From: an uncultured Alphaproteobacteria bacterium
GTDB taxonomy: Bacteria > Pseudomonadota > Alphaproteobacteria > HIMB59
Direction: 5' to 3'
DNA length: 64,000 nucleotides
Assembly (NCBI GenBank): GCA_902594145.1
Contig: CACJLA010000001.1
Coordinates: 164,543-228,542, forward strand
In this document: positions 30,104 to 43,790 of the stretch, piece by piece
Numbering within the stretch: position 1 is the first letter of the stretch
Layout of the letters: each line of letters starts with the position of its first letter
The notes under the pieces: generated by a model
Seen by the model: the letters and a program-made list of their open reading frames with translations, nothing else
What the model was told of the DNA's origin: nothing
Databases searched by the model: none
Translations under genes and position numbers: made by a program

Positions 30104-30801
30104 TTTTTCTGCAATATGTATATGCTGTTCGCCCCAGAAATGAAATCAATAGTTTTAACATGAGAAAAACCAATATTCTTAAGTTCATTAACAAGAGTAA
30201 TTTGAGAAGGAAAAGAAATAATACTCTCTGCTAAGTATTTATAACTATGTCTATCATTAGCGACGATACTACCAGTAAAAGGCAAAACATATTTTAAAAA
30301 GTTTTTATATGGTTTCTTAAGTAAATCTCTTTTTGGTATGCCAAATTCCATAACTAAAAAATAACCTTTTCTCTTTAAGCATCTATGGATCTCAGTAAAA
30401 CCATCTTTTCGGTTTTTAAAATTTCTTACACCGTAAGTACAAGTTATAGTTTGAAAAAAATTTTTTTTGTATGGTAGATTTTCCACATATCCTAATTGGT
30501 AATTAATAATTTTAGACTTATTTTTTTTTCGAGATATATTATGCATTTCAGAGACAGGATCTATAGCATAAAGATTTTTCGTTAAAGGTAGTAAATTGAA
30601 GATATCTCCGCTACCACTAGCTATATCTAAAATTTTTTCATTTGCTTTATATTTCGATGAAACAAGATCTACAAAATATTTTTTCCAAATTCTATGTATG
30701 CCCAGACTCATGACATCATTCATTAAGTCATATTTTGCATGAGATACATTTTCAAAAATATCTGTAACATTATAATGATTTGGACTATTTTTAGACATCA
30801 T
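30100..30801 (-). CDS. ubiE: Ubiquinone/menaquinone C-methyltransferase (start 30801 or 30798)
   Basis: YDLMNDVMSLGIHRIWK, LDIASGSGD, YLAESI. Confidence 0.9.
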   Translation of the reverse strand: MMSKNSPNHYNVTDIFENVSHAKYDLMNDVMSLGIHRIWKKYFVDLVSSKYKANEKILDIASGSGDIFNLLPLTKNLYAIDPVSEMHNISRKKNKSKIINYQLGYVENLPYKKNFFQTITCTYGVRNFKNRKDGFTEIHRCLKRKGYFLVMEFGIPKRDLLKKPYKNFLKYVLPFTGSIVANDRHSYKYLAESIISFPSQITLVNELKNIGFSHVKTIDFISGANSIYILQKK

Positions 30802-31618
30802 GCCTGAATTACCCGAAGTAGAAACTACAATAAGATATTTAACCTCAAAAGTTAAAGGAAAAAAAATAATTTCTATTAGTAAGTCACAAAAAAAACTAAG
30901 GAAAAATTTAAATTTTGATGATTTTGAGTCTATATCTCAGAGAAAAATTATATCTGTGGAACGTTTTGCAAAATATATTGTCATAAGATTAGATAATGAT
31001 AATTATTTGCTTGTTCATTTAGGAATGAGTGGAAGATTAAAGTTTTATTTAAATAAAAATTATAAAAAAGAGAAACACGACCATGTTGTTCTTCAATTTG
31101 ATAATTTTAAAATAGTTTTCAACGACCCTCGTCGGTTTGGTATGTTTTTTAGACTCGAGGATTTAGAAAAAGTAAAGATATTTTTTGACAATTATGGCAC
31201 TGACCTACTTTCTAACAAGATTAAGATTAAGGATATATATGAAAAATTCACCAGCAAAAAAGTATCTTTGAAACAGGCTTTGCTTGATCAAAGTTTGCTA
31301 GTGGGAATTGGAAATATTTATGCAAATGAGGCACTTTTTCATTCAAAATTAAGCCCTCTAAGGCTTACAAGTTCCCTAAATCTAGCAGAATTGACTAAAT
31401 TAATAAGCTCTTGTAAATTTGTATTAAAACTATCTTTGAAGAATGGAGGCTCCTCTATAAACGATTACAAATCTCCAGATGGAACTCTGGGAAGCTTTCA
31501 GAGATTATTTAAAGTTTACCAAAAGAAACATGTAATATTTAAAAAAAAATCCTATAAAATAAAAAAAATCGTACAAAATGGTCGTTCGACCTTTTTTTCA
31601 CCTGCTTTACAAAAATAA
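30800..31618 (+). CDS. mutM: Formamidopyrimidine-DNA glycosylase
   Basis: MPELPEVE, HLGMSG, DPRRFG, GIGNIYA, QNGRST; zincless finger. Confidence 0.96.
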   Translation: MPELPEVETTIRYLTSKVKGKKIISISKSQKKLRKNLNFDDFESISQRKIISVERFAKYIVIRLDNDNYLLVHLGMSGRLKFYLNKNYKKEKHDHVVLQFDNFKIVFNDPRRFGMFFRLEDLEKVKIFFDNYGTDLLSNKIKIKDIYEKFTSKKVSLKQALLDQSLLVGIGNIYANEALFHSKLSPLRLTSSLNLAELTKLISSCKFVLKLSLKNGGSSINDYKSPDGTLGSFQRLFKVYQKKHVIFKKKSYKIKKIVQNGRSTFFSPALQK

Positions 31619-31677
31619 AAAAATCTATATAAGTTATTAACGTTATTAAATTAACAACCTGTTAATAATATCTATGT

Positions 31678-31944
31678 ATGCCACAACATAAATCAGCAAA
31701 AAAAAGGCTTCGCCAATCTGACAGAAAAAAAACTGTAAACAAAGCTGTTAAATCTAATGTTTCAACTCAATTGAAGGCAATTGACAAACTCATCAAAGAT
31801 AAAAAGGTAGAGGAATCAATGTCAAAACTAAAGTTGGTAATGTCAGTTTTACATAAATCTACAAAAAAGAAAATAATGCACCTTAATAAGGCATCTAGAA
31901 CCATTTCCAAACTACAAAAAGATATTTCTGCAATCTCTAAATAA
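31678..31944 (+). CDS. rpsT: 30S ribosomal protein S20
   Basis: MPQHKSAKKRLRQ, HLNKASR; position before dnaA. Confidence 0.93.
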   Translation: MPQHKSAKKRLRQSDRKKTVNKAVKSNVSTQLKAIDKLIKDKKVEESMSKLKLVMSVLHKSTKKKIMHLNKASRTISKLQKDISAISK

Positions 31945-32016
31945 TTTTTTTTTCAAGATATTTTTTTAAAAAAAAACTATTTTTTTTATTCTTCTTTTTC
32001 AAGTTTTCATGCTTAA

Positions 32017-33417
32017 ATGGCTCCTCTTTTAGAGGAAGGAATAAAAATAGTGGAAGACGAACTGCATCAAGGTGGCATAGATGTGTCCTGGTCTAAGATA
32101 ACATCTGAATTAAAAAAATCTCTAGATAAAGATACCTTTCAAAACTGGATAAAACCTATTTATTTTGAGTCTCGTATTGATACCTCTTTAACTCTTTCAG
32201 TTCCAACAAGATTTTTGCGTGATTGGATAATAAAAAATTATGCTTCTGTTATTAAAAAAGCTTATATGGACCAAGGCCATAGTATCGATAAATTAGCTAT
32301 TCTTGTAAAAGAGAACAATGATCGCATTATTCCTGGTACAGAAGTAATTTATGAGGACAAAGATGACGAAGAGGACACTTATTATGATGATATATCTGCA
32401 CCATTAGATCCAAAATTTACTTTTGATAATTTTATAGTTGGGAAACCTAATGAGCTTGCGTACGCAGCTTCACAACGAGTTGCTCAATCAGAGGTAGTAA
32501 GTTTTAATCCTTTGTTTCTATACGGCGGTGTTGGTTTAGGTAAAACACATTTAATGCATGCAGTGGCTTGGAACATTAAAAAAAGAAATCCAAAAAAGAA
32601 TGTGGTCTACTTAACTGCAGAAAAATTTATGTATCAATTTATCAAAGCTCTAAGGTTTAAAAATATTATGAGTTTTAAAGAACAGTTCAGATCCGTAGAC
32701 GTTCTAATGATTGACGATGTCCAATTTATTATTGGTAAAGACAATACTCAAGAGGAATTTTTTCATACTTTTAATACTTTAATTGATAAAAAAAGACAAA
32801 TTATTATATCAGCTGATAAATCACCAGCAGATCTCGATGGCATAGAGGATAGATTAAAATCTAGGTTAGGTTGGGGATTAGTTGCAGACATACACCCTTT
32901 AACTTATGAATTACGGCTAGGTATTCTCCAAGCTAAAGCGGAACATAAATCTTTAACACTAGAACAAGAAGTCATAGAATTTTTAGCTAACAAAATTACT
33001 AATAACGTTAGAGAAATGGAAGGAGCTTTAAATAGATTGGCAGTTCATGCCTCTATTCAAAATTCTAAAATATCTGTTGATCTAGTTAAAGATGTATTAA
33101 AGGATTTATTAAGAACCAACTCAAGAAAAATTACTATTGATGAAATTCAAAAAAAAGTTGTTGAGCATTATAATATAAAACTTTCCGATATGCACTCACC
33201 AAGAAGATCTCGGTCTATAGCACGTCCAAGACAAGTTGCTATGTATCTGGCGAAATCAATTACAACAAGATCTTTACCTGAAATTGGCAGAAAATTTGGT
33301 GGCAGAGATCACACTACCGTTATCCATGCTATTAAAACTATCGAAGAAATTATGGTTAATGATCCCAACTTAGCAGAAGATATTGAACTTTTGACTAGAA
33401 TATTGCAAACTTCCTAA
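32017..33417 (+). CDS. dnaA: Chromosomal replication initiator (true start may be GTG 32050)
   Basis: NPLFLYGGVGLGKTHL, DDVQF, QEEFFH, RPRQVAMY, GGRDHTTV. Confidence 0.98.
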   Translation: MAPLLEEGIKIVEDELHQGGIDVSWSKITSELKKSLDKDTFQNWIKPIYFESRIDTSLTLSVPTRFLRDWIIKNYASVIKKAYMDQGHSIDKLAILVKENNDRIIPGTEVIYEDKDDEEDTYYDDISAPLDPKFTFDNFIVGKPNELAYAASQRVAQSEVVSFNPLFLYGGVGLGKTHLMHAVAWNIKKRNPKKNVVYLTAEKFMYQFIKALRFKNIMSFKEQFRSVDVLMIDDVQFIIGKDNTQEEFFHTFNTLIDKKRQIIISADKSPADLDGIEDRLKSRLGWGLVADIHPLTYELRLGILQAKAEHKSLTLEQEVIEFLANKITNNVREMEGALNRLAVHASIQNSKISVDLVKDVLKDLLRTNSRKITIDEIQKKVVEHYNIKLSDMHSPRRSRSIARPRQVAMYLAKSITTRSLPEIGRKFGGRDHTTVIHAIKTIEEIMVNDPNLAEDIELLTRILQTS

Positions 33418-34527
33418 ATGGATTTTAGAGTCAGTCGAGAGGCTTTTTTAAGAGTTTTAACCCATGTCAGTTCAATTGTTGATAGTAGATCAACCATCCC
33501 AATTTTATCCAATATTTATATTAAATGTGATGACAACCAAATTGAGATAAGATCAACAGACATGGACATCTCTATTCGAGAATTTGTCTCAACTGATTCT
33601 TCAAAAAATGGGGAAGCAACTGTTAACTCAAGAATACTGACTGATATAATTCGTAAAATAAAAAAAAACTCTATTGTAAAATGTAAATTAGAAGGAAACA
33701 GATTAATAATAAATTCCGATAACTCTGTTTTTGAATTAAATGCACTAACTGCTGACGAGTTCCCAAAGTTTGTACCTTTAGACCCAACAAACTCTTTCGA
33801 ATTATCTATCTCTCAAATTAAAAGGCTCTTTAATAAAACAAAATTTGCAATATCTGCAGAGGAGACAAGATACTACCTCAACGGTATATATTTTCATACT
33901 GTCGTAAATGGATCAAATTCTACTTTAAGATGCGTTGCTACTGACGGCCATAGATTAGCTAAGACAGAGTTAGATTTAGAAAATGTAATTAACATATCTG
34001 GTATCATTCTCCCAAGAAAATTTATACTTCAGTTAGATCGTATGTTAGGGGATTTCGAAGGTAAGGTAAAAATAATATGCACTGATACCCAAGTAAGCTT
34101 AGAAGCAAATAATTTTGTAATAATAAGTAAGCTTATCGATGGAACTTTTCCAGATTATGAAAAAGTTATACCTGTATCTAATGACAAATTATTGCAGGTT
34201 GAAGCGGAAGCATTTTTTAATGCTATTGATAGGGTCTCAACTGTAAATCAAGACAAAACACCAACAGTTAAACTACAATTTGAAAATAATAGTATCAAAA
34301 TTATGGCTACAAGCACCGACAGTAACAAGGGAGACGAAGAGGTTGCAGCAAACTACGCTGCTGAGGGTCTAGAAATACTTTTTAATTCAAAATATATATT
34401 GGATTTACACGATGTGATTGAGGGAGATACTATGATTTTAGAGTTACTCAACCAGTCATCTCCAGTAATAGTAAAGGACCCTAAAGATACAACAAGCTTA
34501 TATATTTTAATGCCAATGAGAATTTAA
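33418..34527 (+). CDS. dnaN: DNA polymerase III beta clamp
   Basis: TIPILSN, ETRYYLNG, ATDGHRL, FPDY, LMPMR. Confidence 0.97.
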   Translation: MDFRVSREAFLRVLTHVSSIVDSRSTIPILSNIYIKCDDNQIEIRSTDMDISIREFVSTDSSKNGEATVNSRILTDIIRKIKKNSIVKCKLEGNRLIINSDNSVFELNALTADEFPKFVPLDPTNSFELSISQIKRLFNKTKFAISAEETRYYLNGIYFHTVVNGSNSTLRCVATDGHRLAKTELDLENVINISGIILPRKFILQLDRMLGDFEGKVKIICTDTQVSLEANNFVIISKLIDGTFPDYEKVIPVSNDKLLQVEAEAFFNAIDRVSTVNQDKTPTVKLQFENNSIKIMATSTDSNKGDEEVAANYAAEGLEILFNSKYILDLHDVIEGDTMILELLNQSSPVIVKDPKDTTSLYILMPMRI

Positions 34528-38063
<3,536 letters not shown>

Positions 38064-39308
38064 TTGGATAATCAAAAAAACCCCCTTTTCGTAAATTCCT
38101 CTGATTTTCTAATTATACGAGCTATTGCTTTTGGTGGTCAGGCCGCTACTTTATCAATTACACAGTATTTTTTCGAAATTTCAAAAATAGTTGCAACTGC
38201 TTCATGGATTATAGCCTTTGTCTTGATGGCTAGCATTATTCTTGGTTTTTACTTAAACAAAGGAGATAAAATTATTTCAGAGAGACAAGTCTTTTTATTT
38301 TTATGCTTCGATATTATACAAATTTCAAGTTTAATTGCTTTGAACGGTGGATACACTAATCCATTCATATTTATCATTTTAGCTCCTATTGCTATTGCAG
38401 CCTCATACTTAACTTTAGAAAGAATAATTATTATTTTAAGTTTAGCATTAGTTTGCTTTGCCTTAATATTTAATTTCTATATTTCACTTCCTCTATCTGT
38501 TCATCCTAATATAAATTTTACATATAGCTTAGCTATCATGATCTCTCTTTTTATAAGCAGTATCTTTCTAGTTTTTTATCTTTATTACTTTTCTTTAAAC
38601 TACAAAAGCACACAAAAAGCTTATGAATTAGCAAGCAAGCAACTTCAAAATGAAAAAGAACTTTTAAAAGTAGGAGGATTAGCAGCAGCAGCTGTTCATG
38701 AATTAGGAACACCATTGAATACAATAAACTTAATTGTTGGAGATTTTAACCAAGATAAAAAACTAAAAGAAGATTATGGAAAAGACATTAAAACTTTATT
38801 GTTAGAGCTAGATAGATGTAAGGGAATACTTAAAGAACTTTCAACTAATCCAGAATCAACAGAACTCTCTTATGAGATAACTAACATGTCATTAGATGCA
38901 TATACACAATCTTTGTGTGAACAATTCTCAGATAATTATCGTGCAATAAACTTAGATTACAGGTCGGATGAAAATTCTAAAAATATTAGTATTAAAATTA
39001 CACCTGAGCTTAATATCGCTATGAATAATATTATCAAAAATGCAATTAGTTTTGCGTATAAAGAAATATTAATAATTTCAGAAACTTCAACAAATACATA
39101 TTCTATCAAAATCCGTGATGACGGCCCAGGCTTTGATAAAAAGTTTATAGCTAATTTTGGAAAACCATTCTATTCTAGCAGGCCTGAAAAAGGCGTAAAT
39201 ATGGGCCTTGGGTTGTTCATAACAAAACAAATGATTGAAAATCTAAATGGTGAAATATCAGTACAAAGTAATAATGGAGCAGAAGTAACTTTAACATGGC
39301 TAATTTAG
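38064..39308 (+). CDS. regB: RegB/PrrB/ActS redox sensor kinase
   Basis: GGYTNPF quinone motif, AAAAVHELGTPL, RC redox Cys, DDGPGF, GLGLF. Confidence 0.9.
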   Translation: MDNQKNPLFVNSSDFLIIRAIAFGGQAATLSITQYFFEISKIVATASWIIAFVLMASIILGFYLNKGDKIISERQVFLFLCFDIIQISSLIALNGGYTNPFIFIILAPIAIAASYLTLERIIIILSLALVCFALIFNFYISLPLSVHPNINFTYSLAIMISLFISSIFLVFYLYYFSLNYKSTQKAYELASKQLQNEKELLKVGGLAAAAVHELGTPLNTINLIVGDFNQDKKLKEDYGKDIKTLLLELDRCKGILKELSTNPESTELSYEITNMSLDAYTQSLCEQFSDNYRAINLDYRSDENSKNISIKITPELNIAMNNIIKNAISFAYKEILIISETSTNTYSIKIRDDGPGFDKKFIANFGKPFYSSRPEKGVNMGLGLFITKQMIENLNGEISVQSNNGAEVTLTWLI

Positions 39309-39856
39309 AACAAAACACATTAACAAAAGACAAGACTCTCTTTATTATTGAGGATGATAAGCCCTTTCGGGAGCGATTAACCACCTCTTTTCAACGAAAA
39401 GATTTTACAGTCACAGCAGCAGCATCAAAAAAAGAGGCATTAGACCTTCTATCTGGCAATAACTTCAATTACGCCATTGTTGACTTACGATTAGGGGATG
39501 GCTCCGGACTCGATGTTATTAAGGTAATCAAAGAACAAAACCCAGAGTGTCGGACAGTGATGTTAACTAGTTACGGCAATATAGCTACAGCAGTGTCATC
39601 TGTAAAATTAGGGGCTGATGATTACTTAACGAAACCAGCTAATATTGATGATATTGAAAAATCACTAATGTCCTCTACAGCTACATCTCTGCCCCCACCT
39701 CCGGAAAATCCTATGTCCGCAGATAGAATTAGGTGGGAACATATACAAAGAGTTTTTACTCAGTGTAATCGCAATGTTTCTGAAACAGCTAGAAGATTAA
39801 AAATGCATCGAAGAACTCTTCAAAGAATTCTAAATAAGCACGCGCCTAAAGAATAG
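39296..39856 (+). CDS. regA: RegA/PrrA response regulator
   Basis: PPENPMSADRIRWEHIQRV, NVSETARRLKMHRRTLQRIL. Confidence 0.95.
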   Translation: MANLEQNTLTKDKTLFIIEDDKPFRERLTTSFQRKDFTVTAAASKKEALDLLSGNNFNYAIVDLRLGDGSGLDVIKVIKEQNPECRTVMLTSYGNIATAVSSVKLGADDYLTKPANIDDIEKSLMSSTATSLPPPPENPMSADRIRWEHIQRVFTQCNRNVSETARRLKMHRRTLQRILNKHAPKE

Positions 39857-39888
39857 TATATACCTGTAATCTTTGTTATTCTGCCTAG

Positions 39889-42567
39889 ATGTCTGAGTCT
39901 CGGTTAATTCTTGTAGATGGTTCAGGATATATTTTTCGAGCCTACTACGCCTTACCCCCAATGAATAATTCTAAAGGCATACCTACCAATGCTGTTTATG
40001 GATTTTGTAATATGATACTTAGACTAATAGAAGAACACCCCAGTGACAAAATATTAATAATACTTGATGCTGGTAAGAATACTTTTCGAAACACCTTATT
40101 TCCCGATTACAAAGCAAACCGTGGAGAGGCACCTGAGGATTTAATACCCCAATTTAGTATTATTCGCGAAGCTATTGAAGCATTTGGTCTCGACGTTATT
40201 GAAAAAAAAGATTTTGAGGCTGATGATGTTATTGCAAGTTATGTTAAATATGGAGAGGATAATAAAATACCCACTACTGTATTTAGTTCTGACAAAGATC
40301 TTTTTCAATTGTTATCAGCGAACAATCGCATCATGGACCCAATGAAAAATGTTGAGATTGACGAAGAAAAAGTAATGGAAAAATTTGGAGTTGGCCCAGA
40401 TAGAATTACAGATGTTCAAGCTCTTATAGGAGATAGTGTTGATAATATACCAGGGGTTCCAGGAATAGGCCCTAAAACAGCTGCTAAATTAATCAATGAA
40501 TTTGGTACTTTTGAAGAACTTTTATTAAAAAAAGATCAAATTTCAAATGTTAGAATAAAAAACCTTATAAATGATCATGAGAAGTCTGCAAAAATTAGTC
40601 ACAAGCTTGTCATTTTAAAAAATGATCTTGAGTTACCTATTAAAATAGAAAAGTTAAAACAATTTGATGACTCCACAAAGTTGAATGACTTCTTCAAAAA
40701 ATACGAATTTAAATCACTTATAAGAACTAGTGCCAATGAAACAAAACCTCATGCATCAAAAATAAATATAGATTTTAAATCATTAACTAAAACAAAAGAA
40801 ATAATAGAATATCTAAATTCTCTCAAATCTGAAAAAATATTGGCTATAGATTTAGAAACTGACAGTTTAGACGTAAATACTGCAAATATTATTGGGATAT
40901 CTTTATCGAATGCCGACCAAGCTTATTACTTACCGTTTCAATCCCCAGAAAATGAATTATCCAAGAAAGATCAGGAAAGTGTGCTCAAAAACCTTAGTGA
41001 ACTGTGTGGAGATGAATCCATATTAAAATTATTTCACAATGCAAAATATGACTCTGTAATATTAAAACGTTATGGTGTGAACACTGTCTCTTTCCAAGAT
41101 ACATTACTTATGTCTTTTTTTGTTAACAATGGTTTAACAAAACATAACTTAGAGGACCTGTATTATTACTATTTTGGAGAAGAAAAAGAAAAATTCAAAG
41201 ATGTTATAAAAAATGAGTCCAAGAGAAAATACAAAGATTTTTCTGAAGTGCCATTAGAAGCCGCTACAAATTATGCCGCTCATGATGCATATGCCACTTT
41301 CAAATTATATGAAACTCTCAATGAGCAGATAGCTGAGTCCTTAGATAGCTGGATTTATTATGATATTGATAAAAAACTAAGCTTAGTTCTTCAAGAAGTA
41401 GAGAGCAATGGTTGTAAAATTGATTTAAAATTTTTAAATAAACTAGAAAAAGATCTCAACAAAGAGATTGAAAAAATTGAGCAGAAAATATTTAAGATTG
41501 CTGGTGAAGAATTCAATATTGGATCACCAAAACAGCTAACTGAAATTTTCAAGAAATTAGATATCAAAGTTACAAAGAAGACTAAAGCAGGAGATTTTCA
41601 AACAAATGTAAAGGTACTAGAGCAGTTGGAGTCTGAGGGTGTTGAGATAGCCTCACATATTTTGCAATGGAGACAATACTCCAAGCTTGTTTCTACCTAT
41701 ACCTCATCATTAGCTGATCATGCAGATAAAAAAGACAGAGTACATAGTACATTTAATATTGCTGCAACTATAACAGGACGACTTAGTTCATCTGAACCTA
41801 ATCTTCAAAACATCCCAATTAGAACTGAAATTGGAAAAAAAATAAGAACAGCCTTTATAGCTGAAAAAGACCATGAGCTTTATAGTTTTGACTACTCACA
41901 AATTGAACTTCGAGTTTTATGTGAGGCTTGTGAAGACCCAAATTTATTGAAAGCTTTCCAAGAAGATCAGGACATTCATGAAAGCACAGGCCAATTAGTT
42001 TTTAATAAAAAATCAATCAATGATAACGATAGAAGGATGGCCAAGATTATTAATTTTGGAATAATCTATGGAATTAGCCAATATGGACTTGCAAAACAAT
42101 TAGGTGTAAGCAACGGTGAGGCTAAACTTTTCATCGATAATTATTTTCAAAAATTTCCAAATATTAATGACTTTATGAAAGCAACCACCGATAAAGCAAA
42201 AAAATTAGGTTTTGTGGAAAATCTTTTTGGAAGAAAGTCTCATATAAAAGATATCAATGCTAAAAATTTTATGCTCCGATCTTTTGCAGAAAGACAAGCT
42301 ATCAATGCCCCAATTCAAGGCACTGCATCTGATCTTATAAAAATTGCAATGTTAGATATACATAATTACTTGAGAAAAAATAATTGTAAATCAAAAATGA
42401 CATCCCAAGTTCACGATGAACTCTTGTTTGAGATACATAAAAAAGAAAAAGATATTATTCCAGAAATTACTAATCTGATGGAAACTTCACATCAAAAATA
42501 TAAGTCTTTTAAAACACCTATAAAAGTTGACTTTGGTGGTGGGTTAAATTGGGGCGAAGCTCATTAA
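39889..42567 (+). CDS. polA: DNA polymerase I
   Basis: 5'-3' exo (EADD), 3'-5' exo (DLET), polymerase motifs DYSQIELR, KIINFGIIYG, QVHDEL. Confidence 0.98.
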   Translation: MSESRLILVDGSGYIFRAYYALPPMNNSKGIPTNAVYGFCNMILRLIEEHPSDKILIILDAGKNTFRNTLFPDYKANRGEAPEDLIPQFSIIREAIEAFGLDVIEKKDFEADDVIASYVKYGEDNKIPTTVFSSDKDLFQLLSANNRIMDPMKNVEIDEEKVMEKFGVGPDRITDVQALIGDSVDNIPGVPGIGPKTAAKLINEFGTFEELLLKKDQISNVRIKNLINDHEKSAKISHKLVILKNDLELPIKIEKLKQFDDSTKLNDFFKKYEFKSLIRTSANETKPHASKINIDFKSLTKTKEIIEYLNSLKSEKILAIDLETDSLDVNTANIIGISLSNADQAYYLPFQSPENELSKKDQESVLKNLSELCGDESILKLFHNAKYDSVILKRYGVNTVSFQDTLLMSFFVNNGLTKHNLEDLYYYYFGEEKEKFKDVIKNESKRKYKDFSEVPLEAATNYAAHDAYATFKLYETLNEQIAESLDSWIYYDIDKKLSLVLQEVESNGCKIDLKFLNKLEKDLNKEIEKIEQKIFKIAGEEFNIGSPKQLTEIFKKLDIKVTKKTKAGDFQTNVKVLEQLESEGVEIASHILQWRQYSKLVSTYTSSLADHADKKDRVHSTFNIAATITGRLSSSEPNLQNIPIRTEIGKKIRTAFIAEKDHELYSFDYSQIELRVLCEACEDPNLLKAFQEDQDIHESTGQLVFNKKSINDNDRRMAKIINFGIIYGISQYGLAKQLGVSNGEAKLFIDNYFQKFPNINDFMKATTDKAKKLGFVENLFGRKSHIKDINAKNFMLRSFAERQAINAPIQGTASDLIKIAMLDIHNYLRKNNCKSKMTSQVHDELLFEIHKKEKDIIPEITNLMETSHQKYKSFKTPIKVDFGGGLNWGEAH

Positions 42568-43537
42568 AACATTAATAATATTAATTTTTTTATTACCCAA
42601 AGTTGCTTTGGGTTTAACTTTTAAAGGTGATGGTTCAGTTATTGATAGTAAAGGAAATATTATAGAATCTAGTAAAAGTACTGAATTAAATATATCACAA
42701 TTTGAAAAAGACCTTGAGAGGGTCTCAAAAGACTCAGGTTTTATAGATCAAGAAGGAAAAATATATTTCCAAGATCAGATAACAGACAAAAAAAATTCTA
42801 TAATTGTCATTTACAGTCATGGAGCTCAAGAAGATCAAAGAATAGATAAGTGTTTGAGTAGTTGGGCAAAAGTTCCACCAGTAATAAGAGATTTACATAA
42901 TATGAAAATAAAATCTTATGTAATAAAAATATACAGACTATGTTCTGGAGTAAGAGGGTGGACTAATGAAGAACAAGAAAGAATGTGGATGGCCTATAGA
43001 AAATTAGGAAAATTAGATCTTAATCTTATGGCGAGTGATGGAACTCAATTAATTAATAAACAAAAAGGAAATCAAAAGCTAATAGTTATCAAAAAAAAAC
43101 TTGATGAGCTCATAGAGCTTGGTTTTGATAAAATTATTCTTGCAGGTCATTCATTAGGAGGTTGGCAGTCTTTAAAACTAAAAACTTTGTATCCTGAATT
43201 GATAACTGGAGTTATTGGATTAAATCCTGGTGCTGGAGGAACAGTACAAAATAGAAAAGATTGGCCATGGTGGACGGACGTTAGGTATTATGGTTTTGGG
43301 GATTATAATAATCTAAATGCTTTAATACTGACACATGATAAAGATAATTTTAATTCTCCAAAAGATTATGATGTATTTAAAAGAATAGACTCTGTAAAAA
43401 AAATAAATTTGACAAAATCTACGTGCAAAGGAAAAATCTCACTTGGTGGTTATCATGGTGTAACCTTAACTGATTGCTATTCAATAGAAGAAACTAAAAG
43501 TAAAAATATAAAAAATTATTTAGAGAACTTGTTTTAA
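42563..43537 (+). CDS. Secreted alpha/beta hydrolase (proposed ATT start at 42563; ORF track start TTG 42608)
   Basis: HG oxyanion motif, GHSLGG nucleophile, later D and H candidates; the in-frame upstream extension reads as a signal peptide. Confidence 0.75.
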   Translation: MKTLIILIFLLPKVALGLTFKGDGSVIDSKGNIIESSKSTELNISQFEKDLERVSKDSGFIDQEGKIYFQDQITDKKNSIIVIYSHGAQEDQRIDKCLSSWAKVPPVIRDLHNMKIKSYVIKIYRLCSGVRGWTNEEQERMWMAYRKLGKLDLNLMASDGTQLINKQKGNQKLIVIKKKLDELIELGFDKIILAGHSLGGWQSLKLKTLYPELITGVIGLNPGAGGTVQNRKDWPWWTDVRYYGFGDYNNLNALILTHDKDNFNSPKDYDVFKRIDSVKKINLTKSTCKGKISLGGYHGVTLTDCYSIEETKSKNIKNYLENLF

Positions 43538-43550
43538 TTTACATTGATTA

Positions 43551-43790
43551 TTAGAAATCATCATCAGGCTTATTAAAGGCCATCCATTTTTCTAATTCAT
43601 GATATCCGCCAATTTTTTCACCATTGATAATTATCTGTGGGAAAGTCTTAGCGGTTGGAAATATTTCGAAGAATTGTTCTCTGCTATAATCTTGATTTAA
43701 CATCAATATTTCAGGGTCATGAGTAGCTAGGGCTGATTTAGCCATAGTACAGAAAACACAATTATTTTTGCTATATATTTTTACTTGCAC
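43551..43790 (-). CDS. grx: Glutaredoxin associated with nrdAB
   Basis: CVFC, TFPQI, IGGY. Confidence 0.88.
   Translation of the reverse strand: MQVKIYSKNNCVFCTMAKSALATHDPEILMLNQDYSREQFFEIFPTAKTFPQIIINGEKIGGYHELEKWMAFNKPDDDF

Noticed and set aside
31651-31665. TTAA-N7-TTAA upstream of rpsT-dnaA (CtrA- or Pho-like)
   Set aside because: Chance hits are expected at this AT content, it is equally explained as a small hairpin (attaaca-acc-tgttaat), and there is no link to P genes.
31945-32016. oriC directly upstream of dnaA
   Set aside because: Only poly-T/poly-A tracts in 72 bp; no DnaA box.
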